DNA from: the human T2T-CHM13v2.0 reference genome, Homo sapiens
Assembly: GCF_009914755.1 (NCBI RefSeq)
Contig: NC_060930.1
Length of the DNA stretch: 64,000 nucleotides
Strand: one strand, 5' to 3'
The notes under the pieces are model-generated. The model saw only the letters and a program-made list of their open reading frames with translations. It made no database searches and was not told the origin of the DNA. Shown piece by piece: positions 1-15,830 of the stretch (within the stretch, counting starts at the first letter, position 1; each line of letters opens with the position of its first letter). Made by a program: the position numbers and the translations under genes.

Positions 1-1712
1 ATTGATTTCTATTTTTATTCTACTGTGGTCCAAGAGTATGGTTGATATGATTTTGATTTTTAAAAAATTTATCAAGACTTGCTTTATGATTGAGCATGTG
101 GTTAATCTTGGGGTATGTTCTGTGTGCAGATGAGAAGAATGTATATTTGTGGTCGATATATAGAGTATTCTGTACATATCTATTAGTCCAATTGGTCAAC
201 TGTTAAGTCCAGAATGTCTTTGTTAATTTCCTGTCAGTGGGGCGTTGAAGTCCCCTACTATTATTGTGTGGCTCTCTAAGTCTTTTTGTAAGTTTATAGG
301 TACTTGTTTTATGAATCTGGATGCTCCGATGTTGGATACATATATATTTAGGATAGTTAACTTTTATTGAATATAACCCTTTATCATTATGTAATGCCCT
401 TCTTTGTATGTTTTTGCCGTTGTTGGTTTAAAGTCTATTTAATCTGATAATAAGATTTTTTTGGTCTTTTTTTTCTGCCTTTTTTTTTGGTTTTCTTTTT
501 GCATGGTAGATCTTTCTCCACCCCTTTACTTGGAGCGTATGGGTGTCATTACATGTGAGATGCGTCTCTTGAAGACAACAGATGGATGGGTCTTGTTTCT
601 TTATCCAACTTGCCACTCTTTGCCTTGTAAGTGGGGCATTTAGACCATTTACATTCAAGGTTAATATTGATATGTGAAGTTTTGATCCTATTGTGAAGTT
701 GTTAGCTGTTTGCTTTGTAGTTTCTATTGTTTTTTTCTTTATAGGGTCTGTGGGCTATGTACTTAAGTGTGTTTTTGTGGTAGCAGGTATCATTCTTTTA
801 TTTCCATATTTAGGACTCCCTTAGGGATCTATTGTAAGGCTGCTCTAGTGGTAACACATTCCTTTGGCACTTGCTTGTCTGGAAAAGATTTTATTTCTTC
901 TTTGCTATGAAACTTAATTTGGCAGAATATGAAATTCTTGGTTGGAGTTTCTTTTCTTTAAGAATGCTGATAATTGGCTCCCAATCTCTCCTGGTTTGCA
1001 AGGTTTCTGCTGACAGGTCCACTGTTAGCCTGATGGGGTTCCTTTTGTACATAATCTGCCCCTTTTCTCTAGCTGCCTTTAAGATTTTTTCTTTAACACT
1101 GACCTTGGACAGTATGGTGACTATATATGTCTTGGTGATGTTCATTTTGTATATAGTATCTTGCAGGTGTTCTCTGGATTTCTTGTGTCTGGATGTCTAC
1201 CTCCCTGGCAAGATAAGGAAAGTTTCCTTTTTTTTTTTTTTGACATTTTTCACAAATTTATTTATCCATGTTCTAAGGACTAGGGAAGTTTTCTTGAATT
1301 ATTGCCTCAAATATATTTTCCAAGTTGTTTGCTTTTTCTCCTTCTCTCTCAGGAATGCCAATAATTTGAAGGTTTGGTTGCATTACATAATCCCACATTT
1401 CTCAAATAATTTACTTATTTTACTTATTTTTAAAAATTCTTCTTTTTTTTTTTTTTGGTCAGATTGGGTTCGTTCAAAAGACCAGTCTTGAAGTCCTGAA
1501 ATTCTTTCTTCTGCTTGGTCCAGTCCATTTATAAAGCTTTCAATTTTATTTTGAAATTCCTTAAGTGAGCTTTTTAATTCTAGAGGCTCTGATTGATTTC
1601 TTTTTGAGATGTTTATCTCTTCATTTCCTGGATTGCTTTAGAAGTTTCTTTGTCTCAATTTTTAACTTTGTCTTGGATCTCCATGAGCTTCCTTGCAAGC
1701 CATGCTTTGAAG

Positions 1713-2027
1713 TTGTTTTTTTGTTTGTTTGTTTGTTTGTTTTTTTGATACAGAGTCTCACTCTGCTGCCCAGGCTGGAGTGCAGTCATGTAATCTGAGC
1801 TTACTGCAACCTCCACCTCCCAGGTTCAAGTGATTCTCTGCCTCAGCTTCCTGAGTAGCTGGGATTACAGGCACATGCCACCACGCCCAGCTAATTTTTG
1901 TATTTTTAGTAGAGATGGGGTTTCACCATATTGGCCAGGCTGGTCTCGAACTCCCGACCTCAGGTGATCTGGCCACCTTGGCCTCCCAAAGTGCTGGGAT
2001 TACAGGCATAAGCCACCACACCCGGCC
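1713..2027 (-). mobile_element. AluS
   Basis: Complete dimeric Alu in antisense; TSD approximately atgctttga(a)gtt. Confidence 0.95.
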
Positions 2028-2376
2028 TATGCTTTGAGTTCCTTATCTGTTATTTCTGAGTTTCTATTTTGGTTAGGTACCATTGCTGGAGATCTAGTGA
2101 AATTTTTTGGTGGTGTCACTACCTTCAGCTTTTTCATGGTGCCAGAATTCTTGTGCTGGTTCCTTCTCATCTGGAGACCCTGGCACTTCTGATTTTTGTA
2201 ATTATTTTCATGCACGTAGGATTTTTTTCTTTTTCTTTTTTTTCCCTGTAATGTTGTTGTTATTATTATTATTATTATTAATTCTTCTTTCCTTTCCCTT
2301 TTCCCTGCTTGCCTAGGGGATGTGACTGTAGAGAATGCTTGGTAAGATCTTTTGGCTTTGCTTGAACAGCCCTATG

Positions 2377-2717
2377 CTGCTGCTGCTGCTCTTCTCCTTC
2401 TCCTTCTTCTTTTTTTTTTTTTTTTTTTTGGAGATAGAGTCTCACTTAGTCACCCAGACTGGAGTGCAGAGTGCAGTGGCCTGATCTTGGCTTACTACAA
2501 CCTCCTCCTCCCAGGTCTGAGCAATTCTCCTGCCTCAGCCTCCTGAGTAGCTGGGATTGCAGGCACCCACTACCATGCCTGGCTAAGTTTTGTATTTTTA
2601 GTAGAGACAGGGTTTCACCTTGTTTGCCATACTGGTCTTGATCTCCTGACCCAAGTGATCCGTCCACCTTAGCCTCCCAAGGTGCTGGGATTACAGGCAT
2701 GAGCCACCGCGCCCGGC
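2377..2717 (-). mobile_element. AluS with a (GCT)n/(CTT)n/poly-T tail
   Basis: Alu body ~2430-2717. The TSD gccctatg flanks both tail and body. Confidence 0.92.
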
Positions 2718-3169
2718 TGCCCTATGTACTTCTTTCAGCATGTTTTATATTGGGCTGTGGAGTTTGTCTTACAAGCCTGTAGATGGCATGCACAGGTGAG
2801 AGCCAGCTACAGCCAGTGTGTTTGGGTATATACTTGATCCTTATTTACTGGCAGAAGCTCTCTGTTGCTCCAGGCGATTAGCTGATTTGTAGAATGCACA
2901 GTGGTCTGCACTCCTTGTTCAGCTCTGGTGGTGACAGGGGTTGGGAGGGTGGCAATGGGAGCCATGAAGGGCAGAGGCAGACCTGGCAAATCTGCCTGCA
3001 GGTCCCCTGATGGTAGGCACAAGCACTAGTGCCAAGAGAGAATCCAGTGGGTGACCATGAGGTACCCAAAGGTTTTCCTAGGTGTGGAGCTGGGAAACCT
3101 GCTCAGCTCCAAATTCTCTGCATGAGGATGAGGAGATGCCCTAAGCTCCTCATCCAGGAGAGTGGGTGC

Positions 3170-3800
3170 TCCAGATGCCTGGCGCACTGCCTGGACATGG
3201 AGCAGAGAGGGTCTTGCTGCACTATGATCTATACCCAGGAAGCGTGGGGCAGCTTAGGCTGCTGAACCAGATGAGAGGGTGCTCTGAATGCCTGGAGATC
3301 TGCCTGGTTGTGAGGCAGAGAGGGCCTCTCCATACCAGACTCTCTGCACAGGAAGAGTGGGGCAGGTCAAGCTGCCGATCCAGGTGAGTGATGCTCCAGA
3401 TGCCTGGAGATTTGCCTGGGCATGGAGCAGAGAGGGCCCCCGTGCACCAAGATCTTTACACAGGAGGGGTGGGGCAACTTAGGCTGCTGGAACGTGCACG
3501 CAGGTGGTCTGAATGCCTGGAGATCTTCCTGGGCATGTAACAGAGAGGGTCCCCCTGCACCAGGATCTCTGTTCAGGAAGGGTGGGGCAGCTTAGGCTGC
3601 TGAACCCGGCAAACAGGTGTTCTAAGTGCCTGGAGATCTGCCTAGGTGTGAAGCAGAGAGAGCCTCGCAGCACCGCAATCTGTGTCCAGGAAGGGTGGGG
3701 TGGCTTGGGCTACTGGTTCAGGCAAGTACGTATTCCAAATGCCTGGATTTCTGCCTGGGGTTGGAAGAGAGAGGGCCCTGCTGCACCATGATCTCAGGGA
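3170..3800. repeat. Degenerate tandem array, ~113-bp unit, ~6 copies, inside the old L1 5'UTR
   Basis: The anchor cctggagatctgcctgg (with variants) recurs at 3178, 3291, 3403, 3516, 3629 and 3742. Confidence 0.9.
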
Positions 3801-4826
3801 AGCAGAGTGGGGCACCCAATAATGGCACACACAGATCAGTTGCAGGTTTCCAAGCTGGCCCTGGCTGCAAGTCTCGCCACCCAGGAGAAACTGCAGCTGT
3901 AGCAGCTCTCTTCCGTGCCAGGCTTGTGACAGGGGAGAGCACAATTCCAGCACCTACTGCTGAAGCACTTTCCACAGTTCTGGATGTGGAGGCCCCCTAT
4001 CCAACTCTGGAGCAGGTGTTCCAATCTCTGGCCTGAGACTAAAATGCCCATACAGCCATGCTGCAGGTCACCAAAGAATGGCCGAGATTAAAAATGGTGT
4101 CCTGCTCTCAGTCTCAGATCTGGGAAAATGCCTGCAGCATTTCCCAGTGTCTTTCCTTCACAGTGTCTCCAATCCTCTCCTCAAGTTAACTCTCGGGCTT
4201 GGGAGAAGCAAAATGCTTTCCCTTGGCCTGGGTTGCTTGGATCCCCAGTGGAAAGGTGAGTCACAGAGGAGACTTCTTCCTTTCTCACATACTGGGGCTT
4301 CACTCATCTCTATCAGCTGGATGCTATCATGGGGGCTGTTTTCTGGCATTCTCCTCCGTGGGTTCTGGGATGTCCTTTATGATTCTGGTAGATTTCCATT
4401 TTCCTCCTTGAATTAAAACTCACAGAGTTTATCTTTATATACTATCTTGCTATTTCCAAGTGTCTGAGGCAGGCTGAAAGCCGCTAATCCACCATCTTGG
4501 AAAAAAGCCAACCAAAAACACTCATTTTATATTTCATGGGACAATCTGGTTAAGGCTCTTGAACCTGAAATAAAGAGGATCTTGGATCAGATCCATAGGA
4601 ATAGGAAATTATTTGAAAAGTTTCAGATAAAATATACACAGAGAGAGTTCGTATTTAATTTCTTATTTTTATAAAGCTTCAAGTAAATTATTCATTCAGC
4701 AATTTTGTCATTTAGGTAAATATCTTAATGTCTACATACAAGTAGATACATTTTTACTTTTCTTTTTTTTTTTTAATCAGAAGAGACCTGGATTATGGTT
4801 TTTACTTTTCAAAGATTCTAGTGTCA

Positions 4827-4999
4827 GGACCTGGGTGCATTTGCACATGTCTGTCATCCTAGCTACTTGGGAGGCTGAGGCAGGAGAATCGCTTGAGTCC
4901 AGGAGTTCAAGGCTACAGTGAGCTACAGTCATGCCTATGAATAGCCACTGACTCTAGCCTGGACAACATAGGAAGACCTTGTCTCTGGAAAAAAAAAAA
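4827..4999 (+). mobile_element. FAM (fossil Alu monomer, 7SL-derived)
   Basis: Single monomer retaining the 7SL segment gcctatgaatagccactg, with an A-tail. TSD aagattctagtgtca / aaaattatagtgtca. Confidence 0.8.
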
Positions 5000-5334
5000 T
5001 TATAGTGTCAAGTCATCAGAATAGCTAGAAACAAAAATCCATGATTTGAAATTTCACATACGTGATTCTCACGTTTTAGGTACTGCAATAAAATTTTGTT
5101 AATTTCATGACATTCCAATAGGGAAATATAATACGACTGATTTAAGTGGATGAAGACTCTGACAACAAATTAATAATAGACTAGTAGGTTAAATTAGTTA
5201 AACATTTGAAATTAAATTAATAGTTCAACTTGAGAAATTTATTCAATCAAAAATAGAAATACATTTTTATGGGGAAATAGACTACATGAATTGAAATGAC
5301 TATGCTTCTTTGGCAGATTAACAGAAGGTGCTAA

Positions 5335-5760
<426 letters not shown>

Positions 5761-5929
5761 TAATACTATTTTTCTTAGATTATCAGGCAATGGCATTATG
5801 TGATTCCTACTCAGACCAGCATATTCATACTAAATAAAAGACTGAATATCACTAGAAAGTTGGCTAACAGTTATGGGTATGCACGTACACACACATACTA
5901 ATTTTAATTTATTATTTTAATGCTTCTAG

Positions 5930-6190
5930 GGGGAAAAAATACAATGTTCATCACCTTAAAGGCCGACAAAGCATTTGGCAAAATTCAACATTTCTTCATA
6001 GAATCACTTCATAAAATATAAGTAAATGAATAGTTCCTTAATATGAATACCAAATGTATGTATCTTAGTTAAAAAGTCTGAATTATGCTTAGCAGGGAAA
6101 CTATGGAGGCATTTCTGTCACAGTTATGAACACATCCAGGATGACAATGATTACTTTTTAATATTGAACTAAAGTACAGACAGATTATGA
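5930..6190 (+). mobile_element. Ancient L1M ORF2 (RT-region) fragment
   Basis: aaagcatttggcaaaattcaacat matches the L1 KAFDKIQH-coding segment; highly diverged. Confidence 0.6.
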
Positions 6191-6365
6191 CAACAACTAG
6201 GTGGGAAGTGAGGGAAACTAGGAAAAAGCCACATATCTTGATTGTAGAGTTGCATCAGAATTAGACCTTGTTCAAGATTATATACACGTGCTTAAGAAAA
6301 TACCCTAATATGAGAACAACAAAAGATACTGCAGCAATAAATCTAATTCTTAAAAGGTGAAAGAA

Positions 6366-6670
6366 GCTGAGTGCCGTGGCTTATGCCTTATAATCCCATC
6401 ACTTTGGAAGGCCAGGTGGGTGGATCACTTGAGGCCAGGAGTTGGAGACCAGCTTGGCCCACATGGTAAAACTCTGTCTCCACTAAAAATACAAAAAAAT
6501 TTGTGGTGGTGCGCACCTGTAATTCTAGCTACTCAGGAAGCTGAAGCATGAGAATTGTTTGAACCCAGGAGGCGGAGGTTGCAGTGAACTGAGATCAGGC
6601 CACTACACTCCAGCCTGGGCAACAGAGCGAGTCTGTCTGAGTACATAAATAAATAAATTAAATTAAATTA
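6366..6670 (+). mobile_element. Alu (S/J)
   Basis: Dimeric Alu with TAAA-type tail; TSD aaaaggtgaaagaa. Confidence 0.93.
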
Positions 6671-8600
6671 AAAAGGTGAAAGAATAACATCCTTTTACAG
6701 ATGATCTACTAGAGCAAAGAGAAGTATGTTTTAGGAATTTTTTGTTTTATATTATTCAAAAATCAGGAAAACATAGACTCTGCAATACAGATGATCCAAG
6801 CTGAGAAAAGACAACAGATTGAGCTGAAAACTGATTTACTGAGATCAGCTGTGATAAAAGAAAGCAAAATGAAATAGAAAGAGATTGAATTAATTAAAAT
6901 TAAATAAATTAAAATTTTCAGTAGAAGCACTGAACTGTAGACTTAAAACTGAAGAAAGTGAAATCGGTCGTGTAGGAAAACTAACATAAGAAGCTCTGCC
7001 AGAATACAGAAATAGAATAATAGAATGATGAAGAAAGGAAAAAGTCCTTTGGTTATAAATGATAATTTTGTTCCCTTTGCAGGGAGAGTTTACAGATCTT
7101 GAGGGGCAGTGTCATCAGTTGTAACACTGGTAATTGGAGACAGATACAGTCGAGCATTTTAGAATTTGAAATATGCCTTCTGCTTTTCAAATTACTTGAA
7201 AATCTTTTCTACAAAAGTAGAAAAGATGAAAGATCAAAGAAAAAATATTTCTTAGAGCAAAAGCTAGAAAACAGCAAAAAAGTATGAACAAAAAATGTGA
7301 AACAAGATCAGATATTTCACTGACAGGGAATATAAATGGGTTGAGTTCCCTATTAAAAACGAAAACCTCTTCAGTATATGTAAGGCCATAGCCAAATGAT
7401 CTTTCTGCAGGTAATAATGATAAATTCTGAGCAAAATACTCTACACAACTATGTGAAGGTCCTGGAGAGTAAAAAAAAAAAAAAAAAAAGGCTGGCAGAT
7501 TCTTGAGGAAAGACAACACTTGGAAGAATGTCCAGCATGGAGAGTTTCCTGTTTTTCATGATACCAGCCTCAGGGCAGGGTGAAGTCAGTGCTGCATTGA
7601 TACCTGCTATTCTCATAGAAAATCCAGTCTTTCTGGCCTGAAAAACCAGATGACAGAGTTTGCGGTAAGAACTACTGCTGGAAAATGAGAAATGGATCCC
7701 AGAGAGAACTAGATTGGTATAGCCTGAGGTTCTGTGTGTAACCCCTGCCCAAATCTCAGACTGACTTCTGAACCATGCATATGCAGGGCAGACTAACAGC
7801 TACCCAACTAGGGGTAGGTCCAGAACTGAGATTTGAGTTGCTGCCCAAGAGAAGAGTTTGTAGTTTGAATCCAAGCAAGATAATTGCCTACTAAAGCAAA
7901 AATATCAACATTCTTCAGTGAAGAAAATGAAATTCACAGTATAACATTCACGAGGTCCAGGATACAATCCAAAATTGAAAATGAGGAAAATGTGTCCCAT
8001 TCTGAAGACAAAAAGCAGTTAACAGAGACTATCCCCCAATATGAACTGGATTAGCAGACAACTATTATAAAGCAGCTGGGGAAGCAATTGCTGGGAGAGG
8101 GTGAGGTAAAGAAAATATGTTCAGAATGAGTGAAAAGACAAGAAATCTCAGCAGAGAACTGAAATCATAAAAAATTTAAATTCTAGAACTATAAAATATA
8201 ATATCTTATATAAAAATTCACTTGATGGGCTTAATAGCAGAATGGAGATAACAGAGGAAAGGTTCAAATAACTTAAAATTATCCCATGTAAAGAATAGAA
8301 AGAGAATAATTAGAAGAAAAGAAACAGAGCATTAGGAATGTGAGGAACTGTGCAAGCTTCTAACATATTTCCAATTAGAATCCCAGAAGACAAAGAGGAG
8401 AGAATGAGGCAGAAAAACTTTTGAAAAAACAGTGACTGAAAAATTTCCAAATCTGAAACACATAAATTTATAGATTCCAGAAACTTAGTGAACTTAAAGC
8501 AGAATAAATTAAGCACACTTTAGTAAAACTGCTAAAAACCTAAGGTAAAGAGCAAATCTAGAAAGCAACCAGAGAAAACGTGACACATTAAATATAGAGG

Positions 8601-9109
8601 TTTTGGGAACAGGCCCCCAAAATCTGGCCATAAACTGGCCCAAAACTGGCCATAAACAAAATCTCTGCAGCACTGTGACACATTTGTGATGGCCATGATG
8701 CCCACGCTGAAGGTTGTGGGTGTACTGGAATGAGGGCAAGGAACACCTGGCCCACCCAGGGCGGAAAACCGCTTAAGGCGTTCTTAAACCACAAATGATA
8801 GCATGAGTGATCGATGCCTTAAGGACATGTTCTTGCTGCAGATAACTAGCCAGAGCCCATCCCTTTATTTCAGCCCATCCCTTTGTTTCCCATAAGGAAT
8901 ACTTGTAGTTAATCTATAATCCATAGAAAAAATGCTTATCACTGGCTTGCTGTCAATAAATATGTGGGTAAATCTCTGTTCGAGGCTCTCAGCTCTGAAG
9001 GCTGTGAGACCACTGATTTCCCACTCCACACGCTATATTTCTGTACATGTGTCTTTAATTTCTCTAGCGCCGCTGGGTTAGGGTCTCCACAAGCGAGCTG
9101 GTCTCTGCA
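8601..9109 (+). mobile_element. MER9 solo LTR (HERV-K9/HML-3)
   Basis: Begins ttttgggaacaggccccc...ctggccataaac and ends gagctggtctctgca, with internal AATAAA and a 6-bp TSD tagagg/tggagg. Matches the MER9 consensus as I recall it. Confidence 0.88.
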
Positions 9110-9224
9110 TGGAGGAGTGATGATTGGGAACTGATGACTTCTGTTAGAAACTTTGGAGCTCACAGACAGTGGAACATCTTTAAAATGTTGAGAGGAAGAA
9201 CCATCAACTTAGAATCTTATTCTA

Positions 9225-9540
<316 letters not shown>

Positions 9541-9572
9541 AATGAAGGCAAAATAAAGACATTCTAAGATTA

Positions 9573-9902
<330 letters not shown>

Positions 9903-11621
9903 TACCTAAGAGAATTTATCACCAACAAACTTGTACTACAAGAGATTCCAAAACATGTTCTTCAGGTAGAAGGAAAATAATGGGTGGGTACTTCAGTGAT
10001 GAAGAAGTGAAATGCATCAGAAATGAAAATGGTGAATAGTGGGGTAAATATAAGCACTAGTTTTTTCTCTTAGTTTCTTTAAAATGTAATTGATTGTTTT
10101 ACATAAAACTATAGTGTTGTCTTATAGAGTTTATAGTGTATGTAGATGTGATACATGTGACACCAGTAGCAGAAAGGGGGATGTTTAGTTGGTTCTATAC
10201 GAATGCAGTGTTTCTACATTTTTTTGAAGTGATATGATATTCTAAGTAGAGCATGAAAAGCTAAGGATGTATATTGTAATCATAGAACAACAACTAAAAT
10301 AAAGGCTGATAGATTAAATTAAAAAGGAATTTTAAAATGTATTCAAATAATCCAAAAAATGTAGGCAAAAAGTAAAAGAAGGGACAGAAGGAAAACAAAT
10401 AATAAAATCATGGACCTAAATATTAAATGTTAATGAACATTCCAATTAAAAGGTAGAGATTATCAGAACAAATTTAAAAAATACCAAGAGATATACTTTA
10501 AAAATAAAGACACAGATAGATCAAAAGCAATTGTATGCAAAAAGATATAGCATCCAAACAGTAATGATACGATGGCTAACATGGATGTATTAGTGCCAGA
10601 TTAAATAAACTTCAGGAAAAGCTGGGCTTCTCTTTCACAGCAAAGATGGATTCTGAGGTGGATGGGGAGTTCAGCTTCCCAGGGTGGCTTCCCAAGGTGG
10701 CGAAGGCTGTGGCCACACCATGGTCTCAGATGCTGAGGCAGGCCTATGTGACTGCCAGTGGGTAGGCCATGGTGAGTGGAGAAAACAGGCAGTTGTCCCC
10801 TCTGCATGCCCTGCACATACACCTGGGCTATGGGCCCCACCAGCGGATGTTTGTGCAGGGCTCAGCCTTTCCCTCGTTGGTTTCTGGCAGAACTAGGCCT
10901 GTGTCCCTTGTTCCTGGGCCATAGTGCTGAAGTTTGTCTTCTAGGGATTAGGTTGTAGATAAATCAAGTATTGTATGGTGGCTTGTGGAAGACAGTTTTG
11001 ACTCTAAGATCAGTTCAACAACCGTTAGCTTCAGCTATAATCATTTATGATATCAAAAAGAAGAAATATTTTCAACATTAAGGAATTGATTACATGATTT
11101 TTAAGTTTTTTTTCTTTCTTGTATCAAGGGACAAGTCATAGATTAAAAAATTTTTGACAGCAAGCCCTATCTAATTTTATAGTTGACAAATGTGTGCTAT
11201 TATCACAAAGGAGAAGTCAGAGAAAGATGCTACAGACTGCGCCAATTCATTCATACAATTTTTCTGTAGTTCAAAAACCACAATGTCTCACATTGTCTAG
11301 CAGCTAGAATTTTTTTATTTATTTATTTTTTTTTTTAGTTTAAGAAAAGCAAAAGACCACAGTGAACTTAAATGAACTCTTTAAACAAATGAGTTGAATA
11401 ATTCCATCCACTTACACTAACACCCCATCTGGTAGTAAGGCCTTTAGACTCCAAAGACAATCTAGAGGCAAAGTGGAAGCTATTGTTGGCTGAGCCTCAG
11501 TCACTCATACTTCATAATGAAATAGATAGTTTTAAAAGTTAACAGGATGATTCTGGTCACTGCCATTAGTTTGTACATGGGTTTTGGGTCTTTTTCACAC
11601 ACAAAGGATTCCCAGAAATGT

Positions 11622-14402
<2,781 letters not shown>

Positions 14403-15165
14403 ACAATTTCTTTATGTATTTGTTGATTGATGGGCATTTGGGCTGGTTCCGTATTTTTGCAATTGCGAATTGTGCTGCTATAAACATGCATGTGCAGGTA
14501 TCTTTTTTGTATAATGACCTCTTTTCCTCTGGGTAGATATCCAAGAGTGGGAGGTAGATACCCAAGAGTGGGATTGCTGGATCAAATGGAATTTCTACTG
14601 TTAATTCTTTAAGGAATCTTCACATTAGTGGTTGTACTAGTTTACATTCCCACCAGCAGTGTAGAAGTGTTCCTTTTTTACCGCATCCACACCAACATCT
14701 ATTATTTTTTGATTTTTTGATTATGGCCATTCTTGCAGGAGTAAGGTGGTATTGCATTGTGGTTTTGATTTGCATTTCCCTGATCATTAGTGATGTTGAG
14801 CATTTTTTCATGTTTGTTGGCCATTTATGTACCTTCTTTTGAGAATTGTCTATTCATGTCCTTAGCCCACTTTTTGATGGGATTATTTATTTTTTTCTTG
14901 CCAACTTGTTTGAGTTCCTTGTAGATTCTGGATATCAGTCCTTTGTCAGTTGTATAAATTGTGAAGATTTTCTCCCACTCTGTGCGTTGTCTGTTTACTC
15001 TGCTGACTGTTCCTTTTGCTGGGCAGAAGCTCTTTAGTGTAGTTAAGTCCCACCTATTTATCTTTGGTTTTATTGCATATGCTTTTGGTTTCTTGGTCAT
15101 GAAGTCTTTGTCTAAGCCAATGTCTAGAAGGGTTTTTTTGATGTTATCTTCTGGAATTTTTTGGA
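14403..15165 (-). mobile_element. Older L1 (L1PB-like) ORF2 C-terminal fragment
   Basis: ORFs contain [25 protein letters not shown] and KDTCTCMFIAAQF. Its 3'UTR and poly(A) are absent. Confidence 0.85.
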
Positions 15166-15830
15166 TGAAACATTTTAAAAAGCCATGCAACAGAATGCGT
15201 TTCTAGAGGATGCATTTCTTGGTCCCTCAACTGCTTCATGTCTTTTCTCACCTAAAAAGTAATAATAATAAAAATACAGCGTACAGTACAAGGCTCAACA
15301 TTGTAGGTAGAGACTGAAAGCCTGCCATTGTTAATGTTGTTTGCAACCAGCGTAGGTGTTCTGATGATGCTACCATGCTGCTTACTTACCATGAACACAT
15401 TATTTTTTATTGTATTAATGATATGTCATATTTTTTCCTGTTGAGTATTTATATGTGAATAAGTATAAGAAAATGATTGCTGTGCTTGCTTTGGAAGCAC
15501 ATATATTAAAATTGGAATGATACAGAGAAGATTAGCATGGCTTCTGCACAAGGATAAGTTTTATTTAAAAGATGTAAAATTTTTTAAAAAAGAAAATGTT
15601 TGCTTATTGGTAGCATATAAAGACAGGAATGATGGTGATGCTTAACAACCACAGATTGTCCTCATGGGTGGCAGAGATAGTGATACCTTCGCTTTCTGAT
15701 CATTAAATGTACACAGTCTTTGTTTCATGCACAAAATTATTAAAAATATTGTATAAAATTACTTTTAGGTGATGTATATAAGTTATATATGGAACATAAA
15801 TGAATTTCTTGTTTAGACTTGGGTCTTACT
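15165..15830. mobile_element. Tigger4/Zombi (MER46-family) DNA transposon fragment, interrupted by a U6 copy
   Basis: tttgtttcatgcacaaaattatt...aacataaatgaatttcttgtttagacttgggtc and ggtccctcaactgcttc match the recalled Tigger4 consensus. Confidence 0.7.
15482..15555 (+). pseudogene. U6 snRNA retropseudogene, 3'-truncated (~nt 1-74)
   Basis: gtgcttgctttggaagcacatatattaaaattggaatgatacagagaagattagcatggc...caaggat aligns to the U6 5' part, including the ACAGAGA box. 15-bp TSD aagaaaatga/tttgct at 15467-15481 and 15590-15604. Confidence 0.93.

Larger units (their letters stand above)
1..4505 (-). mobile_element. Old L1 (L1PB/L1MA-type) 5' portion: 5'UTR, degenerate ORF1 and ORF2 endonuclease region, running off the left edge
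   Basis: ORF track gives EN-like NVNGLNAP...DPSICCLQETHL (428-658) and ORF1-like KEKILKAAREKGQI...PIRLTVDLSAETLQ (891-1145). The 5' start motif ccaagatgg lies on the - strand at ~4492-4500. Interrupted by two Alus. Confidence 0.85.

Noticed and set aside
871-1491. 206-aa + strand hydrophobic ORF, and similar ORFs at 12289, 13099, 35078 and 37030
   Set aside because: Antisense reading of L1 ORF1/ORF2; not independent genes.
3029-4416. Overlapping GC-rich ORFs with repeated MPGDLP, superficially like a repeat protein or CRISPR-like array
   Set aside because: Products of the 113-bp tandem repeat in an L1 5'UTR. The whole unit repeats, with no unique spacers.
14530-14572. 21-bp tandem duplication ggtagata(t/c)ccaagagtggga
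   Set aside because: Ordinary local slippage duplication within a dead L1.
15482-15555. Functional U6 gene
   Set aside because: 3' third missing, several substitutions, TSD-flanked, and embedded in a DNA transposon with no evident U6 promoter.
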